Of a stretch of DNA of 64,000 nucleotides, positions 41,681 through 52,629 are shown piece by piece (positions within the stretch are counted from its first letter, which is position 1; each line of letters opens with the position of its first letter). Below the pieces are notes generated by a model. It was not told where the DNA came from, ran no database searches, and saw nothing but the letters and a program-made list of their open reading frames with translations. The translations under genes were made by a program, and so were the position numbers. Origin of the DNA: Eledone cirrhosa (taxonomy: Eukaryota); the NCBI GenBank assembly GCA_964016885.1, contig OZ024741.1:405976001-406040000 (forward strand), read 5' to 3'.

Positions 41681-41906
41681 TTTTTAAAATGTTAACTTTT
41701 CAACAAAAAAAAATTTTTTGTTTAACTATTTCGCCTAAAGGCGTAGAATATTTTGAGAGACTGACCAGATCAAAGTTTGACCTGGCAGTCCCTCTACAAA
41801 ATGGTACATAAATTAAAGTTTACAGAGAAGAATTTCTATAGAAATTTAAACAGAACTTACTCAGCAATGTTATACGCGTGTGTCCATCCCAGAGATAGAT
41901 AGATAT

Positions 41907-42935
41907 GTTTCTTTTATTTGCCACTAGGGCATCAAAAGTGGGACAAGTACAAAGGGGGGAGTTTACACAAAAAGGCGTCCTCAATAAGGAGGAGGCAATA
42001 ACAAAATATAAAAATAAAATAAAATATAACAAAAAATAAAATTTATAACAAAATCCTCAATAGAGAGGAGGCGCCTTGGGGGGTCGCACACACCCCCGAA
42101 AAAAGTGTGCAACCCTTCTCCTCAGGAGCACAGAGAAGGGGTGCTCCCTTGGTCTTTCATCTTCCTTACCTATAGTCTGATGTAGAGTGAAGGCCCATTC
42201 ACACGGGCCATTCTCGCCACTTTCACCCATCTTTCATAGAAACGGCTGGGGTGCAGCACCTCTCTCTCCATCCTGATCCTTCTTCCGAAATGATATCGGA
42301 AGAAACGGACCAGTTGTTGGCCAGAGAGAAAGGTGCCTGACCTCAGTCCTTTCAGACGCGTCCACCATACAACCTCTTTCGCCATGGCTATTACGCACAG
42401 AAACACCGCCTCTGCTTCATCTTTGAAGGGGGGAGGCGGCTTGATCATTACAATAGACTCGGTGGTCAACCGGATCGGTCCCACCCTTGACAGCAGTTGT
42501 TCGACATAGCCCCACAGATCGGCTACGCCCGAGCAGTGTACCAATGCGTGTGCAACGGTTTCCTCGTCGCACACGCATCTGGGACAGATCTTTTTGGCGG
42601 GGTCCCTACCCGGGCGCCCGTGTCTGTAGAGCCTTTCTCGAACGGGTAAAGCCCCTCGGTAGCACTGCCAGGCCAGGGACTTCTGGAAGTTGTCCATAGG
42701 TCCCGGGCTGAATGTCCTACCGAACAGGCTGGCCAGTTCGTCCTCCTCCATGTCTAGGGCTTCTCCGAGGGTGTCGTCGCACCTGCTGCGTACCAGCCCT
42801 CTATAGAATGTTGCGGTGGAGTCTCCACTGATAACCGGATCCGCCTGCCAGAGGGCGGTGAGCGCCTGGGCACACTCAGTGTGCCAGGCGCCCAGTTTTC
42901 TCGGTCTTTGCTTGACCCAGGATTGCAGCTCGGTG

Positions 42936-42937
<2 letters not shown>
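41907..42937 (-). mobile_element. 5'-truncated Tx1/L1-clade LINE (family 1), nearly identical to the 3' part of the 45.5-51.3 kb copy
   Basis: ORF 42170-43015 (TELQSWVKQRPRK..NGPSLYIRL); flanked by GATA repeats on both sides. Confidence 0.95.
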
Positions 42938-42968
<31 letters not shown>

Positions 42969-42970
42969 TA

Positions 42971-43799
42971 TTTCTTAATTAGCCACAGGGGCACAAAAGA
43001 AGGGGACAAATACAAAGGGGGAAGTTTACATACAATAAAAACGTGTAAAATGTTATCACAGATGGAATTTAAAAGTTAGTCGATTTTCCCCAATAGAGGG
43101 AGACAGTTTATATGGGTAACACAGACCCCCGAAAAAAAATGTGCAACCCTCATCTCCAGGAGTACGAAGAGCTTGTACTCCTTTCCTCTCCTCCTCCTTT
43201 TCCTCAACCTACAGGCTGATATAGAGAGAAGGCCCATTCACTCGGGCCATTCTCGCCACTTTCACCCACCTTTCATAAAACTTGCTGGGGTACAGCACCT
43301 CTCTCTCCATCCTGATTCTTCTTCCAAAGTGGTATTTGAAAAAAAGAATCAGTTGTTGGCCGGAGAGAAAGGTGTCTGACCTCAGCCCTTTCAACCTTGT
43401 CCACCATACAACCTCTTTCGCCATAGCTATCACACAAAGGAAAACCGCCTCTCCTTCGTTTTTGAAGGAGGGTGGCGGTTTGATCATGACAATGGACTCG
43501 GTGGTCAACTGGATTGGTCCCACCCGCGACAATAGTCGTTCTACATAGCCCCACAGGTCAGTGACGCCCGGGCAGTGTATGAATGCGTGCGCGACGGTTT
43601 CTTCGTCTCGCACGCACCTCGGACAGATCTTTTTTGCAGGGTCCCTGCCCGGGCGCCCATGTCTGTAGAGCTTGTCTCGAACTGGTAGAGCTCCTCGGTA
43701 GCACTGCCAGGCCAGGGACTTTTGGAAGTTGTCCATCGGTCCCGGGCGGAAGGTCCTACCGAACAGACTGGCCAGTTCATCTTCCTCTACGCCTAGAGT

Positions 43800-43800
<1 letters not shown>
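42971..43800 (-). mobile_element. 5'-truncated Tx1/L1-clade LINE (family 3)
   Basis: ORF 43209-43859 (TLGVEEDELASLFG..NGPSLYISL); 3' UTR like the 34888 copy; (GATA)n at 42938-42970 and 43801-43854. Confidence 0.95.
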
Positions 43801-43854
<54 letters not shown>

Positions 43855-44165
43855 CACAAAACAAATGAACATTATTCTATATTCTTTTCCAAGAAATATC
43901 TTCTGTTTACTTTACATTTTTTTCAGTTTTTCTTGTCTTTTCTGTTTTCCCAGCCTTTATTATTAAATAATTCCATCCCACCCGCTGTCATCAAATATGG
44001 GGAGTCGTAATTTAGAGAGCTTCTGCCAGAATTCTGAGCATATGTATGTAATTAGGATATTTTAGATGACAATTCCGTTGTGTTCCCTATGGCGATAATG
44101 AAATTGAAATATATCTATACTTCCTCTTAGCCCATACATCAAGACAGAAAGTATCTTTGCGGAAG

Positions 44166-44212
<47 letters not shown>

Positions 44213-44253
44213 CAAAAGGGGTATTCAATTTGTTGGTAATTCAACAAATATAA

Positions 44254-44810
44254 ATGTTTATAACTGATTCAAAGCACTCGATAAGTTTTCTGGAGTATAA
44301 TATTCAAACAAACCAAGATAGCAATAATAATATTTCTAACAACAATATTCATAATAATAGTACCGTTCCTAGTAACAACAACTCAAGAAAATGTAACTGT
44401 AGAATTAAATCAAACTGCCCTTTACAAAATAATTGCTTAGACAAAAACGTAATTTATAAATGCACAGTTAAAACTAGAGACAAAATATTTAACTATATAG
44501 GTGCCACTACGACAAAATTCAAAGAACGCTGTACAACCATAAACATACATTTAATAGGTCCGATAAAAATCTTCCACTTAACTTTCACATTTAATTTGGA
44601 ATTTAAAAGACAACAATATAGACTATTCAATATCTTGGGAAACGATTTCGAAAGCACCTGCATACCGAAATATGGCTTTCTCAAGAATCTGTCATTTGTG
44701 TATCGATGAAATTTTTTATATAATTAACTGTCAAAACTCTATTAATCTTAAAACATAATTATTTTCTAGTTGCAGATATCACCAAAATTCCACTTTCAGA
44801 AGTATTTTTA
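44254..44810 (+). pseudogene. Penelope-like element GIY-YIG endonuclease remnant
   Basis: CNCRIKSNCPLQNNCLDKNVIYKCTV..NYIGATTTKFKER. After a frameshift: LSHLIWNLKDNNIDYSISWETI..ICHLCIDE. This matches the Cys-rich/GIY-YIG C-terminus of Penelope-like ORFs. Confidence 0.85.
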
Positions 44811-45773
44811 ACTTATGATATTCATTACACTTGACTATATCTTATACACCTTTAAAATGATCCAATTATTTACTAAATATTTCTTTAAAAATAAAAATTG
44901 TTTTTTTAAATGATCTTCCTTCTTAATTTTAATATTTTTACCATTTGACATTCTTTTCCTCTTCTAAATCTATTTTTTTAGATGTAGATTGATAATCTTT
45001 AATTGACATTCTGAAAGATATCCTCTTTACGATAGTTCTTCGAAATGTATAATACATTTTTCCCTCATTTTTGAACTTCAAACTTTTCACACATCTTTCG
45101 ACTAAATAATATATAATTGAAACTCTCATCCTTGAAAAAATTAATTTCACACAAAATAATATATAATTTTCTCTGCATACTTTCTGAGTAAATCATTCAT
45201 CAAATTTGACTGTTAGCAAATAAGATTGGAGTTATCTTTTCCTTTACAATTGAGCAAACATAAACATTATAACATGTATGATAAACTATATAACTTCGCT
45301 AAATTAACAATATTCTGAAAGCATTTTCAACGTTGGAACAAAATATTTGAATCTACAAATTGTTCTCCTCTTACAACTTGAACTACGTCTTTTTCTTAAA
45401 TTTTTTTATGTAAAATGCAAAATCAACATCCTTCGTAACTCATATCATAAATATAAACAACTAATAATTGTGATTTATTTCTATAAAATCACCAATAATA
45501 CTTATACTTGCACATTTATTAATCTATATAGATATTTATATACTTCTCTCTATCTACCTATCTTGGGATGGACACACGCGTATAACTTGCTGAGTAAGTT
45601 CTGTTTAAATTTCTATAGAAATCCTTGTCTGATAACTTTAATTTTTGTACCATTTTGTAGAGGGACTGCCAGGTCAAACTTTGATCTGGTCAGTCTCTCA
45701 AAATATTCTACGCCTTTAGGCGAAATAGTTAAAAAAAAAAGTTTTTTCTTGTTGAAAAGTCAATATTTTTTAA

Positions 45774-47567
45774 ATGGCCGAAGCTTCTTCACCAAAATTC
45801 GAAGGAGGAAAGGGGAAGCTGAACTTACAGCTTCCCCCTGCCACTGTCACAGTAGCAGAGGTCAAGAAGAAAGGTCAGCCAGAGGAAGAATTCTCTCCAC
45901 CTGTTAACCAACAAATTGACGTTGCCATGGCAACAACCCAAAGAACCAGCAGCAACAGCAACAACAACAACAATGCGACGGACGAAAACAACACCAATAA
46001 CAATAACAATAACAACAACAAGACCAATAACGGTGACAGCAACAACAATGATAACAACAACACCACCAACGACAACAACAACACAAACAAACAAAATTTC
46101 TCCTTCGCCGAGACGACAAGGAAAACCCTCGACTATCTGCCAGTAGATATAACAAAAGCGAAGGAGCTACTGGCGGATGCGAAAAAATATATAGTGTACG
46201 GAGAAAATGGTTCATTCACAATCCATCCCCCCCCCCCGGAACTAAAAAGCCAGAGACTCCTAAACACGGTCATGTTTAGGACAATCTCGAACAAAAGTAA
46301 AAAACCAGCTCAACCATTACAGAGCGAGATAGAGCTGGTTTTAAAAGACGTCATGAAGGACATCACCTTCATTCAGAAGAATAGACTCTACGGGAGTCTA
46401 TCCATTCTCATGAAGGACAGGGACACAGCAGTGAAACTGTCCATCAAACCAATCACATCCACCGCATACACCTTCTACCCTACGTACATGGGTAGAAGAA
46501 CACAAAAAATAAAAATCCACACCATCCTGCCGATTATGGACATATGGTGGGTTTTGACAGGTTTTCTGGACCTGGAGGATGACATGCTGGTGTCCATGGG
46601 AAAGGCATCGGGTGACGCGTTCAGTGGAACGAGCCTCGAACTTGTAGTTGAAATGAGGCCCGAAAGGATCGCCCAGATCCCTGAACGCGTCATACTGGAT
46701 GATCTAACCTTCATCAACATTACCGTTGAGGGTAGACGGCCCTCGTGTTACCTCTGCGGAACCAGAGGTCACCTGAGGGCTGTCTGTCTCCAACTTAATA
46801 AGAAAACCCCAATCCTGCCTACACCACCAACAACTGCACAACCAACACAATCACCACAACTACCACTACAAAAACAACCACCACAGCTCAAACCAAAACA
46901 AAACAATGTCCAACCCATCCCCTCCACTCAAAAAACAAAAACAATTTCCAAAACACCCGTACCGCAAACACAACCCGAAAATATACCCCTCCCCTCCAAC
47001 GCGGAAGATGACCCTAGTTCGTCGTCAGACGAGGAGGAGCACTTCCAAACAATCAAAAGAAAAAAAAGAAAACACACCTCAGACACACAAATGAAAAAAA
47101 ACCCTCCCCAAAACATAACACTGACACCAACACAAAAGAGCTCACAACAACAGCAAACAAAAAACACCACACAAAAACAAAAACATGCATACACATACAT
47201 AAATACAAGAAACAAAAAACTGTTAAACATTGTGTACAACAACAATCTAATAAAAACACAAGGGCCTAACTTCACCCAGGCAGGGGATTTCCCCCACCTC
47301 AAAATGATTAAGGCCCCACAGGACACCTATAAAACTTTAAAAAACAATTTTAAAGAGGACGTGGGTCCCCCCTGCGTCGGGCCCATTAACCGCGTCCTCC
47401 TAAAAAACTATCCCACTCCCTCCCCAAACACCCACACAACTCCAAGCTCCCCAACCACACAACACACTGATGCCCCCACACTTCCACAAACCACCACCCC
47501 ACCCAACAACCCATCCCCCACCCTAATGGAAATTGTGCAGCCCGATACCCGGGACGCAGAGAGGTAA
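45774..47567 (+). CDS. LINE ORF1 protein, 597 aa: Asn-rich N-terminus, central domain, CCHC zinc knuckle, Pro/Thr/Gln-rich tail
   Basis: Uninterrupted ATG-TAA frame; CYLCGTRGHLRAVC knuckle; located upstream of ORF2. Confidence 0.92.
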   Translation: MAEASSPKFEGGKGKLNLQLPPATVTVAEVKKKGQPEEEFSPPVNQQIDVAMATTQRTSSNSNNNNNATDENNTNNNNNNNNKTNNGDSNNNDNNNTTNDNNNTNKQNFSFAETTRKTLDYLPVDITKAKELLADAKKYIVYGENGSFTIHPPPPELKSQRLLNTVMFRTISNKSKKPAQPLQSEIELVLKDVMKDITFIQKNRLYGSLSILMKDRDTAVKLSIKPITSTAYTFYPTYMGRRTQKIKIHTILPIMDIWWVLTGFLDLEDDMLVSMGKASGDAFSGTSLELVVEMRPERIAQIPERVILDDLTFINITVEGRRPSCYLCGTRGHLRAVCLQLNKKTPILPTPPTTAQPTQSPQLPLQKQPPQLKPKQNNVQPIPSTQKTKTISKTPVPQTQPENIPLPSNAEDDPSSSSDEEEHFQTIKRKKRKHTSDTQMKKNPPQNITLTPTQKSSQQQQTKNTTQKQKHAYTYINTRNKKLLNIVYNNNLIKTQGPNFTQAGDFPHLKMIKAPQDTYKTLKNNFKEDVGPPCVGPINRVLLKNYPTPSPNTHTTPSSPTTQHTDAPTLPQTTTPPNNPSPTLMEIVQPDTRDAER

Positions 47568-47591
47568 GTGCCTTTTCTCTTCACCACCAAC

Positions 47592-50500
47592 ATGGCTATG
47601 CTAAGAGTAGGCTGTTTAAATGCGCGTGGCCTGGGCTCAACTTGGAAGCAAGCAATGCTTCTAAATGACCTCAGGTCACAACGTATAGATGTGATGGTTA
47701 TTTGCGAGGCCCGGATCAGCAACGTGCGACAGCTGGCCCCCACCTTTGATGACTTTGAGATGCACGCATCTCTCTGTCAGCCCGGAGGTGGGGGTGGAGT
47801 TGTCGTTCTGCTGCAAAAACATCTGGGTCTCGCAACACAGATGGAACATTTGGACCCGGAGGGTCGACTAGTGGTTCTGGACCTTGGCAGTGGTAAAGGC
47901 GGAGCGTTTAGGTTGGTAGCCGCCTACGGCCCTTTCGGGTCAATGCGGCCGGACTTCTTCCATCGTCTGGAGACTTTTCTAGGGACGTCCCGCTCCTTGC
48001 TATTAGTGGGGGACTGGAATGGTATCCTAGATGCACGCTGGGACTACGTAGGGGCCTGCCCTGATAGAGAGGGGTGTAATATCCTCAAAGGGTTAATCGG
48101 TCGATTTGACCTGGCCGATAGATATCGACTAGATTTTCCGACTGCGCCAACCTGGACTTGGGCAAATCGTAGCGGATCATCTAGGTCGTACCTAGATAGG
48201 TTCTTAGTTAGAATTAAGGATAAGGACTTTTTAAGTTGTCCAAAAATGCGCATGGTTGGCTATTCAGACCACAAATTAGTGACCTGCATGGTCAACCTTG
48301 ACAGAACTCATAGACAGGGCCCCGGTTACTGGAAGCTCAACTTGTCCTTGCCGGCAAGTAGAGCCTACATGAATCGGATTAGTACGTTAGTTAAGGAACG
48401 GTTGACTGGAGCGATCGTCAACAGCAGGTGGTGGGTATCTCTAAAGAGAGAGATTAGAGTAGTCTCGATAGAATTTAGTAAGGTTCTAGCTGCGGATAGG
48501 AATAGGAAGGAAAGGGAGCTAATAGATAGAGTAGAAGAGGCAATTAGAAGCGGCGACGTGGCCAGAGTGCTAGCGTCGAGAACGGCTTTGAGCCAGTTTT
48601 TCGACGCGAAGCACGAAGGCTGCGTTGTCCGAAGTAAAATACGTGCTCTAGGGAACGAGGGGACCAAAGCTGTTAGCTCGGCCCGCGTGACAGAGGCCAA
48701 CAGTGGAACTAAATCCACCATCCGGTCTTTGCGAGACCTGGATGGACGGGCGATTCTTGAGCCTAAGCAGATGTGTGAGGCCTTTCAAAGGCACTTTGCC
48801 CGACTGTTCGGGAGGGGCGGGGAGCCGGTTGGGAACGTGGACTTCGGTCCATACCTCGACGGCCTGCCGCGCCTCTCGGACAGGGAGGCGAAGTCCTGCG
48901 AGGAGCCGATTTCGGCCGCTGAGATAGAGGACGTGCTGAGCCAATGCGGCAAACGCAAATCCCCGGGTCTCGATGGTTTTCCTTACGAATTATATCTAGC
49001 TATGCCGGACTTGTTCCCCGATCTCCTCGAGGCGGTCTACTGCAACTGGCAACAGAACGGGAGAATTCCCTGTACTGTGACCAAGGGCGTAGTCACGCTA
49101 GTGAGGAAGGACGAGAACAAGGGGGACGAAATAAGTAACTTCAGGCCCATATCTCTGCTAAATACAGAGTTACAGATTTTGGCCAAGGTGCTAGCAAAGA
49201 GGTTGGCGCTTGTCGTGGGCAACCTGGTGGGAAATGCGCAGACATGCGCTATCCCGTCCAGGTCCATCCATGACAACCTCCACCTCATGCGATACATCAT
49301 AGAGAGGGTTGGGAACGAACCCGGCTTTGGTGGGGCTCTGATCAACTTGGATCCATCTAAGGCGTTCGATAGGGTCGACCATGGTTACCTGGATGCGGTG
49401 CTAGCGGCGGCAGGCTTCGGACCCGTTTTCAGGGGCTGGATCACTGCTATGCACAGCAGCCGCATCTGCTCTAGGGTCAAGGTGAACGGCTACCTCTCGG
49501 AGCCGTTCAAAATCGCGCGGTCCATCCGACGTAGGGTGCCCTCTCTCCTCCCTTCTGTATGTGTTGACTCTCGAGCCACTACTGCGGAAGTTGGAGTTGT
49601 TGCAGGGCATCCCTTTGGAACCGGGATTGCGGAAAGCGGTGTCGGCCTACGCCGATGACGTGACATTAATGGTGTCGACGGCCTCCGAAATCGAGGCGGT
49701 CGGCACCTTACTGGAGGAGTACGAAAAGTTCACAGGGGCTAAGCTGAACCGGGACAAGTCGATCGGTTTGCAACTCGGCACGTGGAGGGGCAAACCGATG
49801 CCCTCCGATGGCGTCGTCGGACGCTGGACGGAGGGCCCGCTGAAGTTGCTCGGGGTCTGGTTCGGACCGGACCTCCAGGTGGAGAAAAACTGGGCGGAGG
49901 TTACGAACAGGGTGTTTGCACTGACCCAGAAGTGGGCCAGTTGCAAACTATCCCTGAAAGGTCGGGCGGAGGTGGCGAACACCTACATAGCGTCCGTCAT
50001 CTACTACCGCCTGACCGTAGTGCCCTGCCCAAGGGAAACCCTCACCAAGATGGAGCGCGCGCTCTTTCAATTCCTTTGGAAGAGGCGGGCTCCTATGGTG
50101 AGGAGATCCATCTGCTGTCAACACCCTTCGAAAGGAGGGCTGGGGATGCCGTGGCTAATGATGCGTAAACACGCATTAAGGCTACGGCACCTCTACGTAT
50201 TCCTCACCGGACAACCGGTGTGGGCCTCGTTTGTGAGACGAACCTTTCCCAGACTCGTCTCACTCACCGAGCTGCAATCCTGGGTCAAGCAAAGACCGAG
50301 AAAACTGGGCGCCTGGCACACTGAGTGTGCCCAGGCGCTCACCGCCCTCTGGCAGGCGGATCCGGTTATCAGTGGAGACTCCACCGCAACATTCTATAGA
50401 GGGCTGGTACGCAGCAGGTGCGACGACGCCCTCGGTGAAGCCCTAGACATGGAGGAGGACGAACTGGCCAGCCTGTTCGGTAGGACATTCAGCCCGGGAC

Positions 50501-51030
50501 CTATGGACAACTTCCAGAAGTCCCTGGCCTGGCAGTGCTACCGAGGGGCTTTACCCGTTCGAGAAAGGCTCTACAGACACGGGCGCCCGGGTAGGGACCC
50601 CGCCAAAAAGATCTGTCCCAGATGCGTGTGCGACGAGGAAACCGTTGCACACGCATTGGTACACTGCTCGGGCGTAGCCGATCTGTGGGGCTATGTCGAA
50701 CAACTGCTGTCAAGGGTGGGACTGATCCGGTTGACCACCGAGTCTATTGTAATGATCAAGCCGCCTCCCCCCTTCAAAGATGAAGCAGAGGCGGTGTTTC
50801 TGTGCGTAATAGCCATGGCGAAAGAGGTTGTATGGTGGACGCGTCTGAAAGGACTGAGGTCAGGCACCTTTCTCTCTGGCCAACAACTGGTCCGTTTCTT
50901 CCGATATCATTTCGGAAGAAGGATCAGGATGGAGAGAGAGGTGCTGCACCCCAGCCGTTTCTATGAAAGATGGGTGAAAATGGCGAGAATGGCCCGTGTG
51001 AATGGGCCTTCACTCTACATCAGACTATAG
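47592..51030 (+). CDS. LINE ORF2 (APE endonuclease, reverse transcriptase, C-terminal Cys/His motif) with a single +1 frameshift at ~49530
   Basis: LNARGL, GDWN, YLDRFL, SDH (APE); KSPGLDG, NFRPISLLN, SKAFDRV, YADD (RT); CPRC..HALVHC. CGACGTAGGGTGCC here versus CGACAGGGGTGCC in the 36-42 kb copy breaks IRQGCPLS. Confidence 0.93.
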
Positions 51031-51724
51031 GTGAGGAAGATGAAAGACCAAGGGAGCACCCCTTCTCTGTGCTCCTGAGGAGAAGGGTTGCACACTTTTT
51101 TCGGGGGTGTGTGCGACCCCCCAAGGCGCCTCCCCTCTATTGAGGATTTTGTTATAAATTTTATTTTTTGTTATATCTTATTTTATTTTTATATTTTGTT
51201 ATTGCCTCCTCCTTATTGAGGACGCCTTTTTGTGTAAACTCCCCCCTTTGTACTTGTCCCACTTTTGATGCCCTAGTGGCAAATAAAAGAAACATATATA
51301 CTTACAATGTAATAAGATAAAATGTACTTACAACCATAATTCTTCATATAATCTAATTGATTATATATACACTATTATAACTCATAATATAGCTAAATAA
51401 TTTTTTTAAATTCTGGAATCATATTCTATCATTCCTACAAACTGTTAATTCTTTTTAAATTAACGTAAATACAACCTCTTCTTTCTTTCTCTTTCTTCTT
51501 CCTACACATACATACACATATCTTAACGATTATTTAAATCTGCATAGCGTCTAAAAATAATGTTTTTTTCAGCTCTATACCTCAACCTCATTTGCATACT
51601 CATCTTAATAATTTGAAATATTTGACTTTTCTTCTCTTTCCATTTTTTCCTTTACTCTCCAGGAAAAACTTGAATCTTTAAGTTCTTCTTCCTGGTTATG
51701 TTAATATTTATAAAACAAACTTTG

Positions 51725-51785
51725 TATTTTATCTGATGAGGGCGTACCAAAGTTTTGGTACCATTGAAATATATATAATAGAATA
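51725..51785 (+). ncRNA. Type I hammerhead at the 3' end of the Penelope-like remnant
   Basis: TATTTTAT CTGATGA gggcGTACCAAAg tTTTGGTACcatt GAAA TATATA TA ATAGAATA. 8-bp stem I. Same strand as, and downstream of, the 44.3 kb GIY-YIG. Confidence 0.7.
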
Positions 51786-51829
51786 AATATAGTTTTATAA
51801 ATATAGTTTCCATTTATTTAATATCATTG

Positions 51830-51864
<35 letters not shown>

Positions 51865-51868
<4 letters not shown>

Positions 51869-51976
51869 ATAATAATAAATTTGAAGACTAAAATCGAAAG
51901 AGGGCTCGATAAGGATAAATATATATCAAATATATAAGAACCGTAGAGCAAATATTTATTTTAATCTGTTATTTTA

Positions 51977-51983
<7 letters not shown>
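51865..51983. repeat. Short terminal fragment of the 54.8-56.5 kb Penelope-like family, with a small inverted piece
   Basis: Matches 54777-54872, followed by the reverse complement of ~54863-54885. Confidence 0.8.
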
Positions 51984-52062
<79 letters not shown>

Positions 52063-52063
<1 letters not shown>

Positions 52064-52277
52064 ACGAAGGAAATGTGGTAAGGAACCAGATGGACCATAA
52101 CGCACCAAAGTACTCAATACTTAGGGTAGTAGAGTGGGTAATAGGAACGAGTAGGACCCCGACGGCTGAGCTCAAGCCGTTTCAACGGCTAATTCTGGAC
52201 TAGTCCAGTCTTCATTTAGTCCAGAGTTAGCCGTCGAAACGGCTTGAGCTCAGCCGTCGGGGTCCTACTCGTTCCTA
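52063..52277. repeat. HHR-family fragment forming a fold-back with ~60-bp arms (52141-52277)
   Basis: ATAGGAACGAGTAGGACCCCGACGGCTGAGCTCAAGCCGTTTC.. and its reverse complement; same family as 61108-62277. Confidence 0.85.
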
Positions 52278-52374
52278 TATATATAACTTTATCCCGGGTT
52301 CAATCGGGGGTAACCACAACGCAGAGTATAAATATTTAATATAGAAAGGCTTCTACAGGACTAGAACTGTTTCA

Positions 52375-52419
52375 TTCCTGATGATTTCTACCGAATGAAA
52401 CAGTTCTAGTCCTGTAGAA
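52375..52419 (+). ncRNA. Type I hammerhead inside a fold-back with 40-bp arms (52338-52432)
   Basis: TTC CTGATGA tTTC tacc GAAt GAAA CAG ttctagtc CTG TA GAA; homolog of 26767. Confidence 0.72.
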
Positions 52420-52629
52420 GCCTTTCTATATTGAATATATATATACACACCTACATCCACATATGTCGGTAACATATACATTCATACATAAATACTTGGT
52501 GGCTGCCAACTCGTTTTCGAGTACGGCCACTACTTTATATCCATGTAGGAGAACCCCTACCGATGCGCTGAACAAGTGTGACTTTTTAGTCCAGCCAGCG
52601 ACTTGAAAACTCTGGTACAAACACTACAC

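Larger units (their letters stand above)
36391..41891 (-). mobile_element. Full-length but disrupted Tx1/L1-clade LINE (family 1)
   Basis: Same 5' end (TGGGATGGACACACGCGTATAAC), ORF1, ORF2 and 3' end as the copy at 45564-51293. Several stops and frameshifts, and a ~200-bp deletion at ~37140. Confidence 0.96.
45546..51294 (+). mobile_element. Full-length, near-intact Tx1/L1-clade LINE (family 1) inserted in the 3' region of the Penelope-like remnant
   Basis: 5' UTR, ORF1, ORF2, 3' UTR ending AATAAAAGAAAC with no poly(A). Candidate 9-bp TSD TATATACTT at 45537-45545 and 51295-51303. Confidence 0.97.

Noticed and set aside
30370-50713. Antisense and alternative-frame ORFs overlapping the LINEs
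   Set aside because: Shadows of GC-rich ORF1/ORF2 coding sequence with no independent motifs.
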